A stretch of 64,000 nt of DNA from Thermoleophilia bacterium (GTDB lineage: Bacteria; Actinomycetota; Thermoleophilia; BMS3ABIN01): contig JAGVMV010000006.1 in assembly GCA_020053595.1 (NCBI GenBank), positions 49,325 to 113,324 on the forward strand, read 5' to 3'. The notes under the pieces are model-generated. The model was given only the letters and a program-made list of their open reading frames with translations, was not told the DNA's origin and searched no databases. The translations under genes and the position numbers were made by a program. Below are positions 20,061-30,500 of this stretch, one piece after another; the stretch's first letter is position 1, and each line of letters begins with the position of its first letter.

Positions 20061-20231
20061 GCGGAGCTGCCCGTAGGTGTGCAGCTGTTAGGATCTACCG
20101 GGGTTGGGTGAGAGAGAAAGTCACGCGGATTGAAGGTTTTACTTGTGAGTTTGTGACACGATTTCTTCGGGATATCAACAGGTGTGACATTAAGGGAGCG
20201 GAAAAAGACATGCAGGTAAACGTGAACGCCG

Positions 20232-20633
20232 ATGTGTGAGTCTCCAAAAAACAGAGCGATGGAAATACGGTCAAAAATCTGGATTGAAATCGATGGCAAG
20301 TGTGTGTTCAGCAAGGGGCGGGTAATCCTGCTCGAGGCCATCGAGCGGTATGGCTCCATAAACCGGGCCGCCGCCGAAACCGGTATTTCCTACCGGCGCG
20401 CGTGGGGGTACATCAAAGCCATGGAGAAAAGGCTGGGAATGGATCTGGTGGAGACGAAAACGGGAGGAGCTGGAGGGGGAGGCGCGACGCTCACTGACGA
20501 AGCGCGCCGCTTTCTGCTTGATTATGAGAGTCTGGAATCCGGCATCAACGAGCTTGTGGATAAGCGTTTCGGTGACATCTTCAAGGCTCAAAAAACCGCT
20601 AAAGTCGGGCGGCGTTATGCAAATTTGTCATAA
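20232..20633 (+). CDS. ModE N-terminal domain-like winged-helix regulator (no TOBE domains)
   Basis: ISYRRAWGYI...TGGAGGGGATLT matches the ModE HTH signature TGGKGGGGAxLT. Confidence 0.7.
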   Translation: MCESPKNRAMEIRSKIWIEIDGKCVFSKGRVILLEAIERYGSINRAAAETGISYRRAWGYIKAMEKRLGMDLVETKTGGAGGGGATLTDEARRFLLDYESLESGINELVDKRFGDIFKAQKTAKVGRRYANLS

Positions 20634-20662
20634 CCGACACAGTTTGATATCTGGAGGAAGTC

Positions 20663-21712
20663 ATGTGTGAAGTAGGCCAGGAAATAATATCTGTGAGGGA
20701 AGCCGTGGGCACTGTGTTGAGCCACGATATAACCGAGGTGAACCCGGCGAACGGCTTCAAAGGGGCACGGTTCCACCGGGGGCACGTTATCACGGAAGAG
20801 GACGTGGAGAAGCTTCTCGATCTGGGCAAGGAGCATCTGTATATCCTCGAAATTCGCGAAGATCAGATGCATGAAAACGACGCTGCGCAGATGATGGCGA
20901 CGGCGATAGCTGGTGAGAATGCGGTGTTCATACCGGAGCCTTCCGAGGGGAAAATAAATATCAGGGCCGCGGTGGATGGACTACTCAAGGTGGACGTCGC
21001 AGCGTTGGAAAGTTTTAACGGCGTCGGCGCGGTGATGTGCGCGACCCGTCACAGCAATACCGTTGTGAAGCAGGGTGATGTCATAGCAGGAACGCGCGCC
21101 ATTCCCCTCGTGGTTGATGAGAAGCCGGTGCGCGATGCAGTCGCGATCGCCGCCGGGGCGGGAGGCATTGTATCTGTCCTGCCGTTAAAGCAGGCCCGGG
21201 TGGCACTCGTAATCACGGGCAACGAAGTATACAAGGGTCGTATCAAGGACGCTTTTGAGCCGGTGATCAGGAAGAAGGTCGAGGATCTCGGCTCTACAGT
21301 CGTGGAGGTCGTTAAATGCCCGGACAATGTGGGAGTGATCAGGGCAGCTCTGGAGCAGGTGAAGAGCAATCAGGCCGATCTTGTCGTCATGACGGGTGGG
21401 ATGTCGGTCGATCCCGACGACGTTACTCCGCTGGCGGCGGGCGCGGCGGGCGCGGAGATTACCGCTTATGGTTCAGCGGTGCTTCCCGGGACGATGTTCA
21501 TGGTCGGCTACTTCAAGAATGGCACACCAGTGCTGGGCGTGCCCGCCTGCGGGATTCATCACCCGCGCACAATATTCGATCTCGTGCTACCCCGGGTGCT
21601 CGCAGGGGAAACAATCACTGACAAGGACATAGCCCGGCTCGGCCACGGTGGCATGTGTCTCGATTGCCCTGAGTGCAGATTTCCTGTTTGTCCATTCGGT
21701 AAGGGCTCATGA
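20663..21712 (+). CDS. MoeA-like molybdopterin metal-insertion protein (MoCF_biosynth domain), no MoeA C-terminal domain, Cys-rich tail
   Basis: VALVITGNEV, GGMSVDPDD and PGTMFMVG resemble the MoeA VALFSTGDEL, GGVSVGEAD and PGKPFAFG motifs. C-terminal CLDCPECRFPVCPFGK. This is paralog A; paralog B is at 31656. Confidence 0.65.
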   Translation: MCEVGQEIISVREAVGTVLSHDITEVNPANGFKGARFHRGHVITEEDVEKLLDLGKEHLYILEIREDQMHENDAAQMMATAIAGENAVFIPEPSEGKINIRAAVDGLLKVDVAALESFNGVGAVMCATRHSNTVVKQGDVIAGTRAIPLVVDEKPVRDAVAIAAGAGGIVSVLPLKQARVALVITGNEVYKGRIKDAFEPVIRKKVEDLGSTVVEVVKCPDNVGVIRAALEQVKSNQADLVVMTGGMSVDPDDVTPLAAGAAGAEITAYGSAVLPGTMFMVGYFKNGTPVLGVPACGIHHPRTIFDLVLPRVLAGETITDKDIARLGHGGMCLDCPECRFPVCPFGKGS

Positions 21713-21721
21713 AGAGTTGTC

Positions 21722-22342
21722 ATGAAGACGCTTGAGGAACATCTTGCCGAAACTGCGGCCTTCCATGGGAGCAACTGTCCGGGTCAGACGCTGGGCGTCA
21801 GGATGGCCCGGGCCGGCCTGACGCGGATCGGCATCGACGATCCGCTTTCCGGCCGCTGGCGAAAGCAGCTCATGGTTTACGTGGAAATAGATCGTTGTGC
21901 CGCCGATGCGGTGATGAGCGTGACCGGGTGCCGTGTGGGTAAACGAACGCTCAAAATCGTGGACAATGGCATCATGGCAGCCGGCTTCCTGAACCTGGAA
22001 ACTGGCAAAGCAGTCCGGGTAGTGGCCCGCGAAAAAGCACGGGCCCTGGCCGACAAATATGCGCCGGGAATCGAAGACAAGTACGAGCGTCAACGGAAGG
22101 CCTATGAAGTCATGCCCGACGAGGAGTTGTTCGATTTCGAGGACGTCAAGATCGTGGTCCCGGGTCAGGACATGCCCGGCAGTCCTATTTCGCGGGTGCA
22201 ATGCAGCAAATGCGGTCATTCGGTCCAGGACTTGCGGGAAGTGTGGCAGCCAGGTCTCATCTTCTGCAAGCCATGCGCCCAGGGGAGCTACTTCACAGCG
22301 ATCAACCGCTGCGATCCGGAACCGGAGGCGACCTCGGTATGA
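21722..22342 (+). CDS. FmdE/FwdE-family protein with C-terminal zinc ribbon
   Basis: FmdE-like N-terminal domain (HGSNCPGQTLGVRMA) and a C-x2-C...C-x2-C ribbon (CSKCGH...CKPCAQ). Confidence 0.75.
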   Translation: MKTLEEHLAETAAFHGSNCPGQTLGVRMARAGLTRIGIDDPLSGRWRKQLMVYVEIDRCAADAVMSVTGCRVGKRTLKIVDNGIMAAGFLNLETGKAVRVVAREKARALADKYAPGIEDKYERQRKAYEVMPDEELFDFEDVKIVVPGQDMPGSPISRVQCSKCGHSVQDLREVWQPGLIFCKPCAQGSYFTAINRCDPEPEATSV

Positions 22343-23577
22343 CGCCTGCGGCTCTTTCTAATATAAACGGAACAACCATGCCGGCGTTCATTTTCAGCAG
22401 GCGGGAAATTGCCGGTGCGCTGGGCGATATCGGGGTACTGTTGCCGTTGATGGCGGGGCTGATTCTCGTATCCGGCCTTTCCGCGTTCACGGTTTTCCTG
22501 CTCACGGGGGTGACATATCTTGCCGCGGGCATATATTTCCGTTTGCCGGTGCCGGTTCAACCTCTCAAGGCCATGGCCGCCATTGCCATAGCCGGTGGCG
22601 CCGGCGCCGAGGAACTGGCAGCTGGTGGCATCATCATGGGGGTGTTGCTCTTGTTCCTTGGCATGACCGGCCTGGCCTCGAAACTTACAAGACTTTTTTC
22701 TCCCTGGACAGTCAAGGGGATACAGTTGGCGGTGGGGCTGATGTTGATCAAGGCCAGTATTCCCTTCATCACTGGCGGTGGCTCGGCGGTCTGGAAGGCA
22801 GCCGCGGTATCTGGGCCGACAGGATCGGCGGCCCTGTTGCTGGCGGGAGTCTCTCTGATATTGCTGTTACTTTTCAATCAAAGCCGGAAGGTTCCCGCTT
22901 CCCTTGCCGTGCTGGCTCTGGGCTTCACGTTGAGTCTCATCCTCGCTGGCCCAGCCATCATCGGCTCACTTGAGGTGTCTGGGCCGGCGTTGCCTTCCAT
23001 TTCAATCCCCGGACGGGAGAGCTTTATCGCGGCCCTTTTCCTGCTGGTTATTCCACAGGTGCCGGTTACTTTTGGTAACTCGGTGATCGCTACGACCGAC
23101 GTGGCCCATTCCTATTTCAAAAAGAGAGCAGAGCGGGTTACACCCAAAGCGCTTTGCGCTTCGCTGGGAATTGCCAACACAGCCATCGGCCTGCTAGGCG
23201 GCATGCCGGTCTGCCATGGCTCCGGCGGCATGACTGCGCACTATCGCCTCGGCGCCCGTTCCGGCGGCGCGGCTGTGCTCATGGGGGTACTGCTCGTATC
23301 CCTGGCTCTGCTGTTCGGCGACTCCGCGGTCTATCTGATACTCATGCTGCCCCTGCCGCTTCTGGGAGCATTCATAATTTATGTGGGGATTGAACACGCG
23401 CGCCTGGTACTTGAGCTACTTGAACACAAGCTCTCCCTGTTGGTCGCTGTGGCCATAGGGGTGTTGTCGCTTCTTTGGGGCAATATTGCGGTAGGCATGG
23501 TAATAGGGATTGGGGCCAGCCTTATTGCCGGCGCCGCCGGGTTGTTCAGAGAATATTTGTTGCCAGGTGAAAATTAA
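22339..23577 (+). CDS. MOT1-family (sulfate-permease-like) molybdate transporter
   Basis: EIAGALGDIGVLLPL and GGMPVCHGSGGMTAHYRLGARSGG match the two MOT1 signature motifs. About 12 TM helices. ATGA overlap with the upstream stop. Confidence 0.65.
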   Translation: MTPAALSNINGTTMPAFIFSRREIAGALGDIGVLLPLMAGLILVSGLSAFTVFLLTGVTYLAAGIYFRLPVPVQPLKAMAAIAIAGGAGAEELAAGGIIMGVLLLFLGMTGLASKLTRLFSPWTVKGIQLAVGLMLIKASIPFITGGGSAVWKAAAVSGPTGSAALLLAGVSLILLLLFNQSRKVPASLAVLALGFTLSLILAGPAIIGSLEVSGPALPSISIPGRESFIAALFLLVIPQVPVTFGNSVIATTDVAHSYFKKRAERVTPKALCASLGIANTAIGLLGGMPVCHGSGGMTAHYRLGARSGGAAVLMGVLLVSLALLFGDSAVYLILMLPLPLLGAFIIYVGIEHARLVLELLEHKLSLLVAVAIGVLSLLWGNIAVGMVIGIGASLIAGAAGLFREYLLPGEN

Positions 23578-23611
23578 CTCATTGCAGGCAATCGATATCA
23601 AAGGCAAGCAA

Positions 23612-24808
23612 ATGGCTGGAACAGGCAAAATCAATAACTCAGCGGGGAAACGGGATTTCTCGGTTGCGATTCTGGCTGGTGGTGAAAGCAGCCGCATGGG
23701 CAAGAACAAGGCGCTGGAGATCCTGGGGGGCAAGACGGTCATCGCCCACGTTATCGATTCTCTCCGGCCCCTCACCAATGACATGTTTATCGTGGCGGGT
23801 GATGTGGCGGCTTACGAGGGGTTCGGGCTACCCATCTGCGCCGACCATTACGATTTCCGGGCGTCTCTGGTGGGCATTTATTCCGCCATCGCCTCCTCGC
23901 GGGAGGAACGATGCCTCGTTGTCGCCTGCGACATGCCGTTCGTGGAACCCGCCCTTGCCCGTCTGTTGGCCAGCCTTTCCGCGGGATACGATGCCGTTGT
24001 GCCGGTGAGCCCGCGCGGCTGGGAGCCCCTCCTGGCCGTCTATTCGAAATCATGCCTGAAAGCAATGCGGGAACGGATAAAGAGCGGAGACCTTGCGATC
24101 CATCATGTGCTGGATAACCTGAAGGTCAGATATGTAGAGCTGGCGGAGATGGCTGTCTGCTGCGACCCCGCACTGGTCTTCATCAATATCAATAACGTGG
24201 TGGAGCTTGAAAAGGCCAATCTGCTGGTTCCCAGAGTCCGCAAATTTCGCCGACAGACCGGGTCAGCGGCAGGGAAAAACGGCTCGCCTCCGCTGGTGTG
24301 CTTTGTAGGTAAAAAGAATTCAGGCAAGACCACCTTCCTGGAAAAGCTCGTGCGGGAGCTGATATCCAGAGGGTTGACCGTGGCATATATCAAGCACGAT
24401 GTTCATGGTTTTGAAATGGACCGCGAAGGGACAGATACCTGGCGCTTGACGCAGGCGGGAGCGCATTCGGTGATGATTTCTTCTCCCTTCGCGATGGCGT
24501 CTTTGGAAAAGGTTGGGGAGGAAAAAAATCTTGACGAGTTGGCGAAGCGGGTGGATGGTTCCGCGGACATCATCGTCGTCGAAGGCTTCAAGTGCGCCGG
24601 CGCCGACAAGCTGGAGGTATCCCGCAGCGCGCGGAGCGATTCCCTGGCCTGTTCTGAAGATGAATTATTGGGGATTATTTCGGATCGCGAGGAAGCAGCC
24701 AGCGGCCTTCCAGTATTTGCAATCGATGATATTTCCGGCGTCGCGGACTTTCTTGCTGACCATTACGAGTTTGACGCCGGTCGGAAGGATGGGGAAATTG
24801 GCTTCTGA
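23612..24808 (+). CDS. mobA: molybdenum cofactor guanylyltransferase MobA fused to MobB
   Basis: MobA N-terminus (LAGGESSRMG, DMPF) and a MobB P-loop (GKKNSGKTT). Confidence 0.8.
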   Translation: MAGTGKINNSAGKRDFSVAILAGGESSRMGKNKALEILGGKTVIAHVIDSLRPLTNDMFIVAGDVAAYEGFGLPICADHYDFRASLVGIYSAIASSREERCLVVACDMPFVEPALARLLASLSAGYDAVVPVSPRGWEPLLAVYSKSCLKAMRERIKSGDLAIHHVLDNLKVRYVELAEMAVCCDPALVFININNVVELEKANLLVPRVRKFRRQTGSAAGKNGSPPLVCFVGKKNSGKTTFLEKLVRELISRGLTVAYIKHDVHGFEMDREGTDTWRLTQAGAHSVMISSPFAMASLEKVGEEKNLDELAKRVDGSADIIVVEGFKCAGADKLEVSRSARSDSLACSEDELLGIISDREEAASGLPVFAIDDISGVADFLADHYEFDAGRKDGEIGF

Positions 24809-24866
24809 ATCAGGAAAAAACAGGGGTTTTGATCGTGGCAAGGGCCATGACGCTCAAGCATTTCAT

Positions 24867-25802
24867 GTGATCGACTATCTGCGTATATCCATTACCGATC
24901 GCTGCAATTTCCGCTGCGCTTACTGCATGCCGCGAGCGGGGGTGGGCTATCGGCCCCACGACGAGATTCTCAGTTATGAGGAAATCATACGGTTCACTCG
25001 CGCGACCGCGAGACTGGGAATCACCCGGGTCCGCATAACCGGAGGCGAACCGCTGGTTCGGCGGCAATGTCCGGAGCTGGTGGCGAAATTGGCGGCGATA
25101 CCCGGCATCGAGGACCTGTCGCTGACCACCAACGGCGCTCTGTTGACCGAGCACGCCGAGGCTCTCAGGGATGCCGGCCTTTCCCGCCTCAATATAAGTA
25201 TTGACAGTCTGAATCCGGACCGGTTTTCACGGATTACGCGGGGAGCTACTCTGGCGCCGGTGCTGGCAGGCCTGGAGATGGCACTGGAGCTCGGTTTTGC
25301 GCCGGTAAAGGTGAATGCCGTCATGATACCTGGCATTGAGGACGAGCTCGAACAGTTTGTTGCTCTGGCACGAGAAAATCCCGTGCACGTCAGATTCATT
25401 GAATTCATGCCTATCGGGTGCCACCAGGAGGATGTCCGGAATTTCATTTCCAGACAAAGGATTCTTGAAGGTTTGTCCAGATTTGGAGATTTAATGCCTG
25501 TCGATTCGCCCGTCGGCGGCGGTCCGGCGCGCTACTTCCGATTCGATGGCGCCCGCGGGACTATCGGATTTATCAGCTCCATGAGTGACCACTTCTGCGA
25601 AAACTGTAACCGTCTGCGGCTGACAGCGGACGGTAAGTTGCGCAACTGTTTATTCTCTGACGACGAAGTTGACATACGTCCTTATATAAACGGAGACTCG
25701 ATGGAACTTGCGAAAGTTATTATTGACTCCATGAACAGCAAGAAATTCGATCGGACTGGCGAGAAACCGTTGGCACGTACCATGTCACAGATTGGTGGAT
25801 AA
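24867..25802 (+). CDS. moaA: GTP 3',8-cyclase MoaA (radical SAM)
   Basis: YLRISITDRCNFRCAYCMP and a C-terminal Cys cluster (CENCNRLRLTADGKLRNC). The start is uncertain: GTG at 24867 is the first in-frame start after the mobAB stop. Confidence 0.85.
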   Translation: MIDYLRISITDRCNFRCAYCMPRAGVGYRPHDEILSYEEIIRFTRATARLGITRVRITGGEPLVRRQCPELVAKLAAIPGIEDLSLTTNGALLTEHAEALRDAGLSRLNISIDSLNPDRFSRITRGATLAPVLAGLEMALELGFAPVKVNAVMIPGIEDELEQFVALARENPVHVRFIEFMPIGCHQEDVRNFISRQRILEGLSRFGDLMPVDSPVGGGPARYFRFDGARGTIGFISSMSDHFCENCNRLRLTADGKLRNCLFSDDEVDIRPYINGDSMELAKVIIDSMNSKKFDRTGEKPLARTMSQIGG

Positions 25803-25878
25803 TTAACTTTCAGCCAATATGCCTGATCTTCGCAGGCTTGTCCAGACGAATAAACGAGGGGCGGAAGGGAATGATTTT

Positions 25879-26343
25879 ATGAAAAAAGAACTGTCGCACA
25901 TCGATAAAGAGGGAAGAGCGCGCATGGTTGACGTGGGCGACAAACCGGTGACGGTCCGCACCGCCCGTGCCGCCGGGCTCGTGACCATGGCTCCGGAAAC
26001 GATGCGTCTCTTGATTGACCGGGAGATTCCAAAGGGCGATGTCCTCTCAGTGGCGCGAGTAGCGGGCATCATGGCCGCAAAGGAGACTTCCCGGCTCATT
26101 CCCATGTGCCATCCGCTGGCAATAGAAAATATCAAGGTCGACTTTGAGATCGAGGAAGAGGTGCCAGCCGTGAATATCGAGGCGATTGTGCGCGTTTCCG
26201 GCAAGACTGGCGTGGAAATGGAGGCCCTCACGGCCGTGTCCATGGCCGCGCTCACTATCTACGACATGTGCAAGGCCGTGGATAAAGGAATGGTTATCAG
26301 CGACATCCGGTTGCTGGAAAAGCATGGAGGTAAGTCAGGATGA
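25879..26343 (+). CDS. moaC: cyclic pyranopterin monophosphate synthase MoaC
   Basis: [14 protein letters not shown]...CHPL...[11 protein letters not shown] with an upstream GGAAGGGA. Confidence 0.85.
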   Translation: MKKELSHIDKEGRARMVDVGDKPVTVRTARAAGLVTMAPETMRLLIDREIPKGDVLSVARVAGIMAAKETSRLIPMCHPLAIENIKVDFEIEEEVPAVNIEAIVRVSGKTGVEMEALTAVSMAALTIYDMCKAVDKGMVISDIRLLEKHGGKSG

Positions 26344-26786
26344 TGGCGTCGATAGTCTCAATTAACATTTCCACCGCCAAGGGCGAACGAAAAAAACCGG
26401 CTGGCCAGGCGGAGCTGCTGGTGGAGCATGGCATCGTTGGCGACGGGCATGCGGGCAACTGGCACCGGCAGGTCAGCCTGCTGGCGGCGGAAAGCATCGA
26501 GAAGATGAAGAAAAAGGGCCTCGACGTTGGTCCCGGCGATTTCGCTGAGAATGTGACAACCAGCGGTATCGATTTGCCGGTACTGCCCATAGGTACGAGG
26601 CTGAAACTGGGTGGTACACTAGTCGAGGTGACCCAGATCGGCAAGAAGTGTCACAACCGCTGTGAGATTTACAGGCAGGCAGGCGATTGCGTTATGCCAA
26701 GAGAGGGTATTTTTGTGAAGGTGATTGAAGGCGGCAACATTGCTGATGGAGATGCGATCGATTTACTGGAGGAGGTGGGGGAATGA
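26340..26786 (+). CDS. MOSC-domain protein
   Basis: MOSC beta-barrel signature (GDGHAG...GENV...G), 148 aa. Confidence 0.75.
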   Translation: MMASIVSINISTAKGERKKPAGQAELLVEHGIVGDGHAGNWHRQVSLLAAESIEKMKKKGLDVGPGDFAENVTTSGIDLPVLPIGTRLKLGGTLVEVTQIGKKCHNRCEIYRQAGDCVMPREGIFVKVIEGGNIADGDAIDLLEEVGE

Positions 26787-27274
26787 GTTTCACCGCCGCC
26801 GTTATTACTGTCAGCGATAAAGGCGCTAACGGCGAGCGTAAAGACGAGAGCGGTGACGCTCTTGAGCGTTTGCTGATCGATGTGGGAGCTGTATCGGTGG
26901 CGAGGGTCATGGTCCCCGACGAACGCGATCAAATCTCCGCTGTATTACGTGAATATTGTTGTGAAAAAAAAGTCGATCTTGTCATTACTACCGGCGGAAC
27001 CGGCCTGACAACAAGGGACGTCACTCCGGAGGCTACCCGGGACGTCATCGACCGTGAAGCGCCGGGCATCGCCGAAGCCATCCGCGCTCAATCGATGAAG
27101 ATAACCCCGCGGGCGATGCTCTCCCGGTCGGTGAGCGGCGTTTGCGGCGAGTCGCTGATCATCAACTTTCCTGGCAGCCCCAAAGCCTGCGCTGAATCTT
27201 TTGCCGTTGTCAGGCCGGTTCTCGGCCACGCCCTGGAGTTGCTGGGGGGAGCCGGCGGGGAGTGCGCCCGCTGA
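26783..27274 (+). CDS. mogA: molybdopterin adenylyltransferase MogA/MoaB
   Basis: AVITVSDKG...ITTGGTGLTTRDVTPEAT. Confidence 0.85.
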   Translation: MSFTAAVITVSDKGANGERKDESGDALERLLIDVGAVSVARVMVPDERDQISAVLREYCCEKKVDLVITTGGTGLTTRDVTPEATRDVIDREAPGIAEAIRAQSMKITPRAMLSRSVSGVCGESLIINFPGSPKACAESFAVVRPVLGHALELLGGAGGECAR

Positions 27275-27535
27275 TGACCTCGTAGAAGACATCCCTGCTA
27301 ATCAGATATATTTAGCCGGCACCCCTTGCATTTGAAAAAACTATTCTGATATTCTTGCTCACAGAGGTGTGACTGGCGTTCAGTGGATAACCACTCGGGA
27401 GCATCTCCGCTGGTGTCAAAAAAACCAGCCGATTGGCCGGACGCCTGGGCCTCCAGATAGCTTGGATGGCTTGGGTGTTTTTTCATCCCCGGAGCCTTCA
27501 ACCGGACTGTTCGCCGTTGTCAGAAAGGGAATAAA

Positions 27536-30500
27536 ATGGCCGATCTACCTCATCACGAAATCATCGCGGAAAGCGGCCCCCTGGTCAAACTTTTCATCGA
27601 TGGCCGCCGTTTGCAGGTCAACCCCCGCATGACCATCCTGGAAGCCGCGCACGCGAACAGCATCGAGATACCTACCCTTTGCAATGACCCCCGTCTCGCG
27701 CCCGTCGGCAATTGTGGCCTGTGCCTGGTGGAGGTCGTCGAAACCGGCCTGGTGTACGCCTGTCAGACCCCCGTGGCCGAAGGCATGGAGGTCACCACCC
27801 TTAACCCGGAGATCGCCGAGGCGCGCAAACAAAGACTCACCGAGTATCTGACCAGCCACAACGCCTATTGTGAACCGCCCTGCCATAACGCGTGCCCGGC
27901 GCGCATCGATATTCCCGCCTACCTGGCGGCGATCGCCCGGGGGGATGACGCCGAAGCGATCAGGATCATCAAGCACCGGCTGCCATTGCCGCGCATAATC
28001 GGCCGGGTTTGCCCGCGCCCCTGCGAGAGCGCCTGCCGCCGTACCCAGGTTGATCAGGAACCGGTTGCCATCTGTCAGCTGAAGCGTTTCGCCAGCGACA
28101 GCGTCAGCGCCGCCGGCTCCGCGAGCATTGAAGAGCCCGCCGCATCCAGCGGCAAAAAAGTCGCCGTCATCGGCAGCGGCCCATCCGGCCTCTCCGCCGC
28201 CTATTACCTGGCTTTGAGCGGCCACCAGGTCACTATCTTCGAAGCTCATTCAGAACCAGGCGGTATGATGCTGACCGGTATTCCGCCCTACCGCCTGCCG
28301 CGGGAGATCATCCAGGCGGAAGTCGAAGACATCCTTAAAACCGGTGTCGAATTGAAGCTGAACAGCCGCTTCGGCAAAGATATTACTTTCGAAAGCCTGG
28401 AGTCCGATGGCTACGCGGCTACTCATCTGGCCATCGGCGCCCAACGGGGCTCGACCGGTGGTATCCCCGATGCAGGAGAGGGACAGGGCATCTATTCCGC
28501 CGTCGATTTTCTCCACAAAAGCAACGCCGGGCTATGGGACGCTCCCCTGGGCAAAACGCTGGTCGTGGGCGGTGGTTTCACCGCCCTGGATGCCTGCCGG
28601 TCTTCAATCCGGCTAGGCGCCGATGAAGTCACCGTGGTCTACCGCCGCTCCCGTAAAGAGATGCCGGCGACCGCGGACGAGGTCGAGGAGGCCGAACTGG
28701 AGGGCGTCAGGCTTTCGCTGCTCACCGCGCCGATCTCTGTTGTCCGCGAAGACGGCAAGGTAACCGGTGTCGTTTGTCAGACGATGGAGCTGGGCGAGCC
28801 CGACGACAGCGGCAGACGCCGCCCCGAAGCAGTGGAGGGTTCCGAGTTCACCATCGAGGCGGATACGGTCATCCTGGCCATCGGCCAGGAGGTCGACCAG
28901 TTCGGACTGGAAGACTCTCTGGATCTGAGCGGTTGGGGCACCATCGAGGCCAACCAGCGCACTCTGGCGACCAGCAGGGATGGAATTTTTGCCGGGGGCG
29001 ACTGCGAAACCGGCCCGGCTACAGTCGTTGAAGCCATCGCCGCCGGCCGCAGGGCCGCGGTTGCCATCGATGCATATATTAACGGCAAGGACCCCGATGA
29101 AGCCTGCTCAGCTCCCTCGGCCAGCCTCAAAAGACGCCGGCCGAAGCTGTTCGACATCGGCGCCAGGCCGCTTTCCGATGATAAACGGATCCATATGCCC
29201 GAACTCGCCATCGCCGACCGTGACAACTTCGATGAGATCGAGCTGGGTTTCGAGGAGAAGGCCGCCAGGAAAGAGGCCGCCCGCTGCCTGCAGTGTACCT
29301 GCCATGCTGTTTCCGCCTGCGAGCTGCAGCGCCTTTCCATCCGTTATGGCGCCGGCACCACCGAGTTTAAGGGCGAGGGCCAATATGAGCTTTACGATGG
29401 CTCGCCCATACTCCAGCTGGACCGCAAACGCTGCATCAAGTGCCACAACTGCGTCCGCATCTGCAACGAGCTGGAAATGAACAATGTTTACAGGGTAGAT
29501 GAAAATGGACATCCCGCCCTGCGGGGGAAAACCTATAAAGATTCCGGCTGCGTTTCGTGCGGACAATGCATCGACGTCTGCCCGACCGGCGCTCTGGTCA
29601 ACACTCAGCTGAAGGGTGTCCGTGAATGGGAGCTGGAAAGGGTGAGGACGACCTGCCCGCTCTGCGGCACCGGCTGTAATTTCGATCTGAACGTCAAGGA
29701 GGGCAGGGTCGTCGGGGTTACCACCAATGCGGATTCTCCGGTCAATAACCGCGCCCTCTGCGTCAAGGGCCGATATCACTCGGACTTGGTCCACAGCCCC
29801 GATCGCCTCACCACGCCGCTGGTCAGGAAAAACGGCAAGCTCGAGGAATCCACCTGGGATGAAGCCCTGGGCCTGGTGGCCTCGAGGCTTCAGGAGATAA
29901 AAGACCGGGACGGCGGCGATGCTTTCGCCGCCCTGAGTTCGGCCCGCTGTACCAACGAGGAAAACTGGGTGATGCAGAAATTTGTGAGGGCGGTGATGGG
30001 CACCAACAATCTCGACCATTGTGCCCGCACCTGACACGCTCCCACCGTGGCCGGTCTGGCCATATCGTTCGGCAGCGGAGCAATGACGAATTCCATCAAC
30101 GAAGTGGGATTCTACGACGCCCTGCTCATCATCGGCTCCAACGCCACCGAAGCGCATCCCATTATCGGGGGCAAGATGAAGCGTGCCGCGAGGCGCGGAG
30201 CCAGGATAATAGTGGCCGACCCCCGTCATGTAGAACTGGTCGATTACGCCGAGATCTGGCTGCGGCTCACCCCCGGCACTGACGCCGCGCTGGTCAACGG
30301 CATGATCAACATAATCATCAATGAAGGCTGGGCCGACCAGGAGTTCATGGAGGAGCGCTGCGAAGGTTACGACGCACTCTGGGAAGTCGTGCAGAAGTAT
30401 ACGCCGGCGATGGTCAGTGAAATCACCGGCGTCCCCGAGGACCAGCTCTACGCGGCGGCCGAGATTTATGCGCAGACGCCGAGGGCGGGCATCTTCTACA

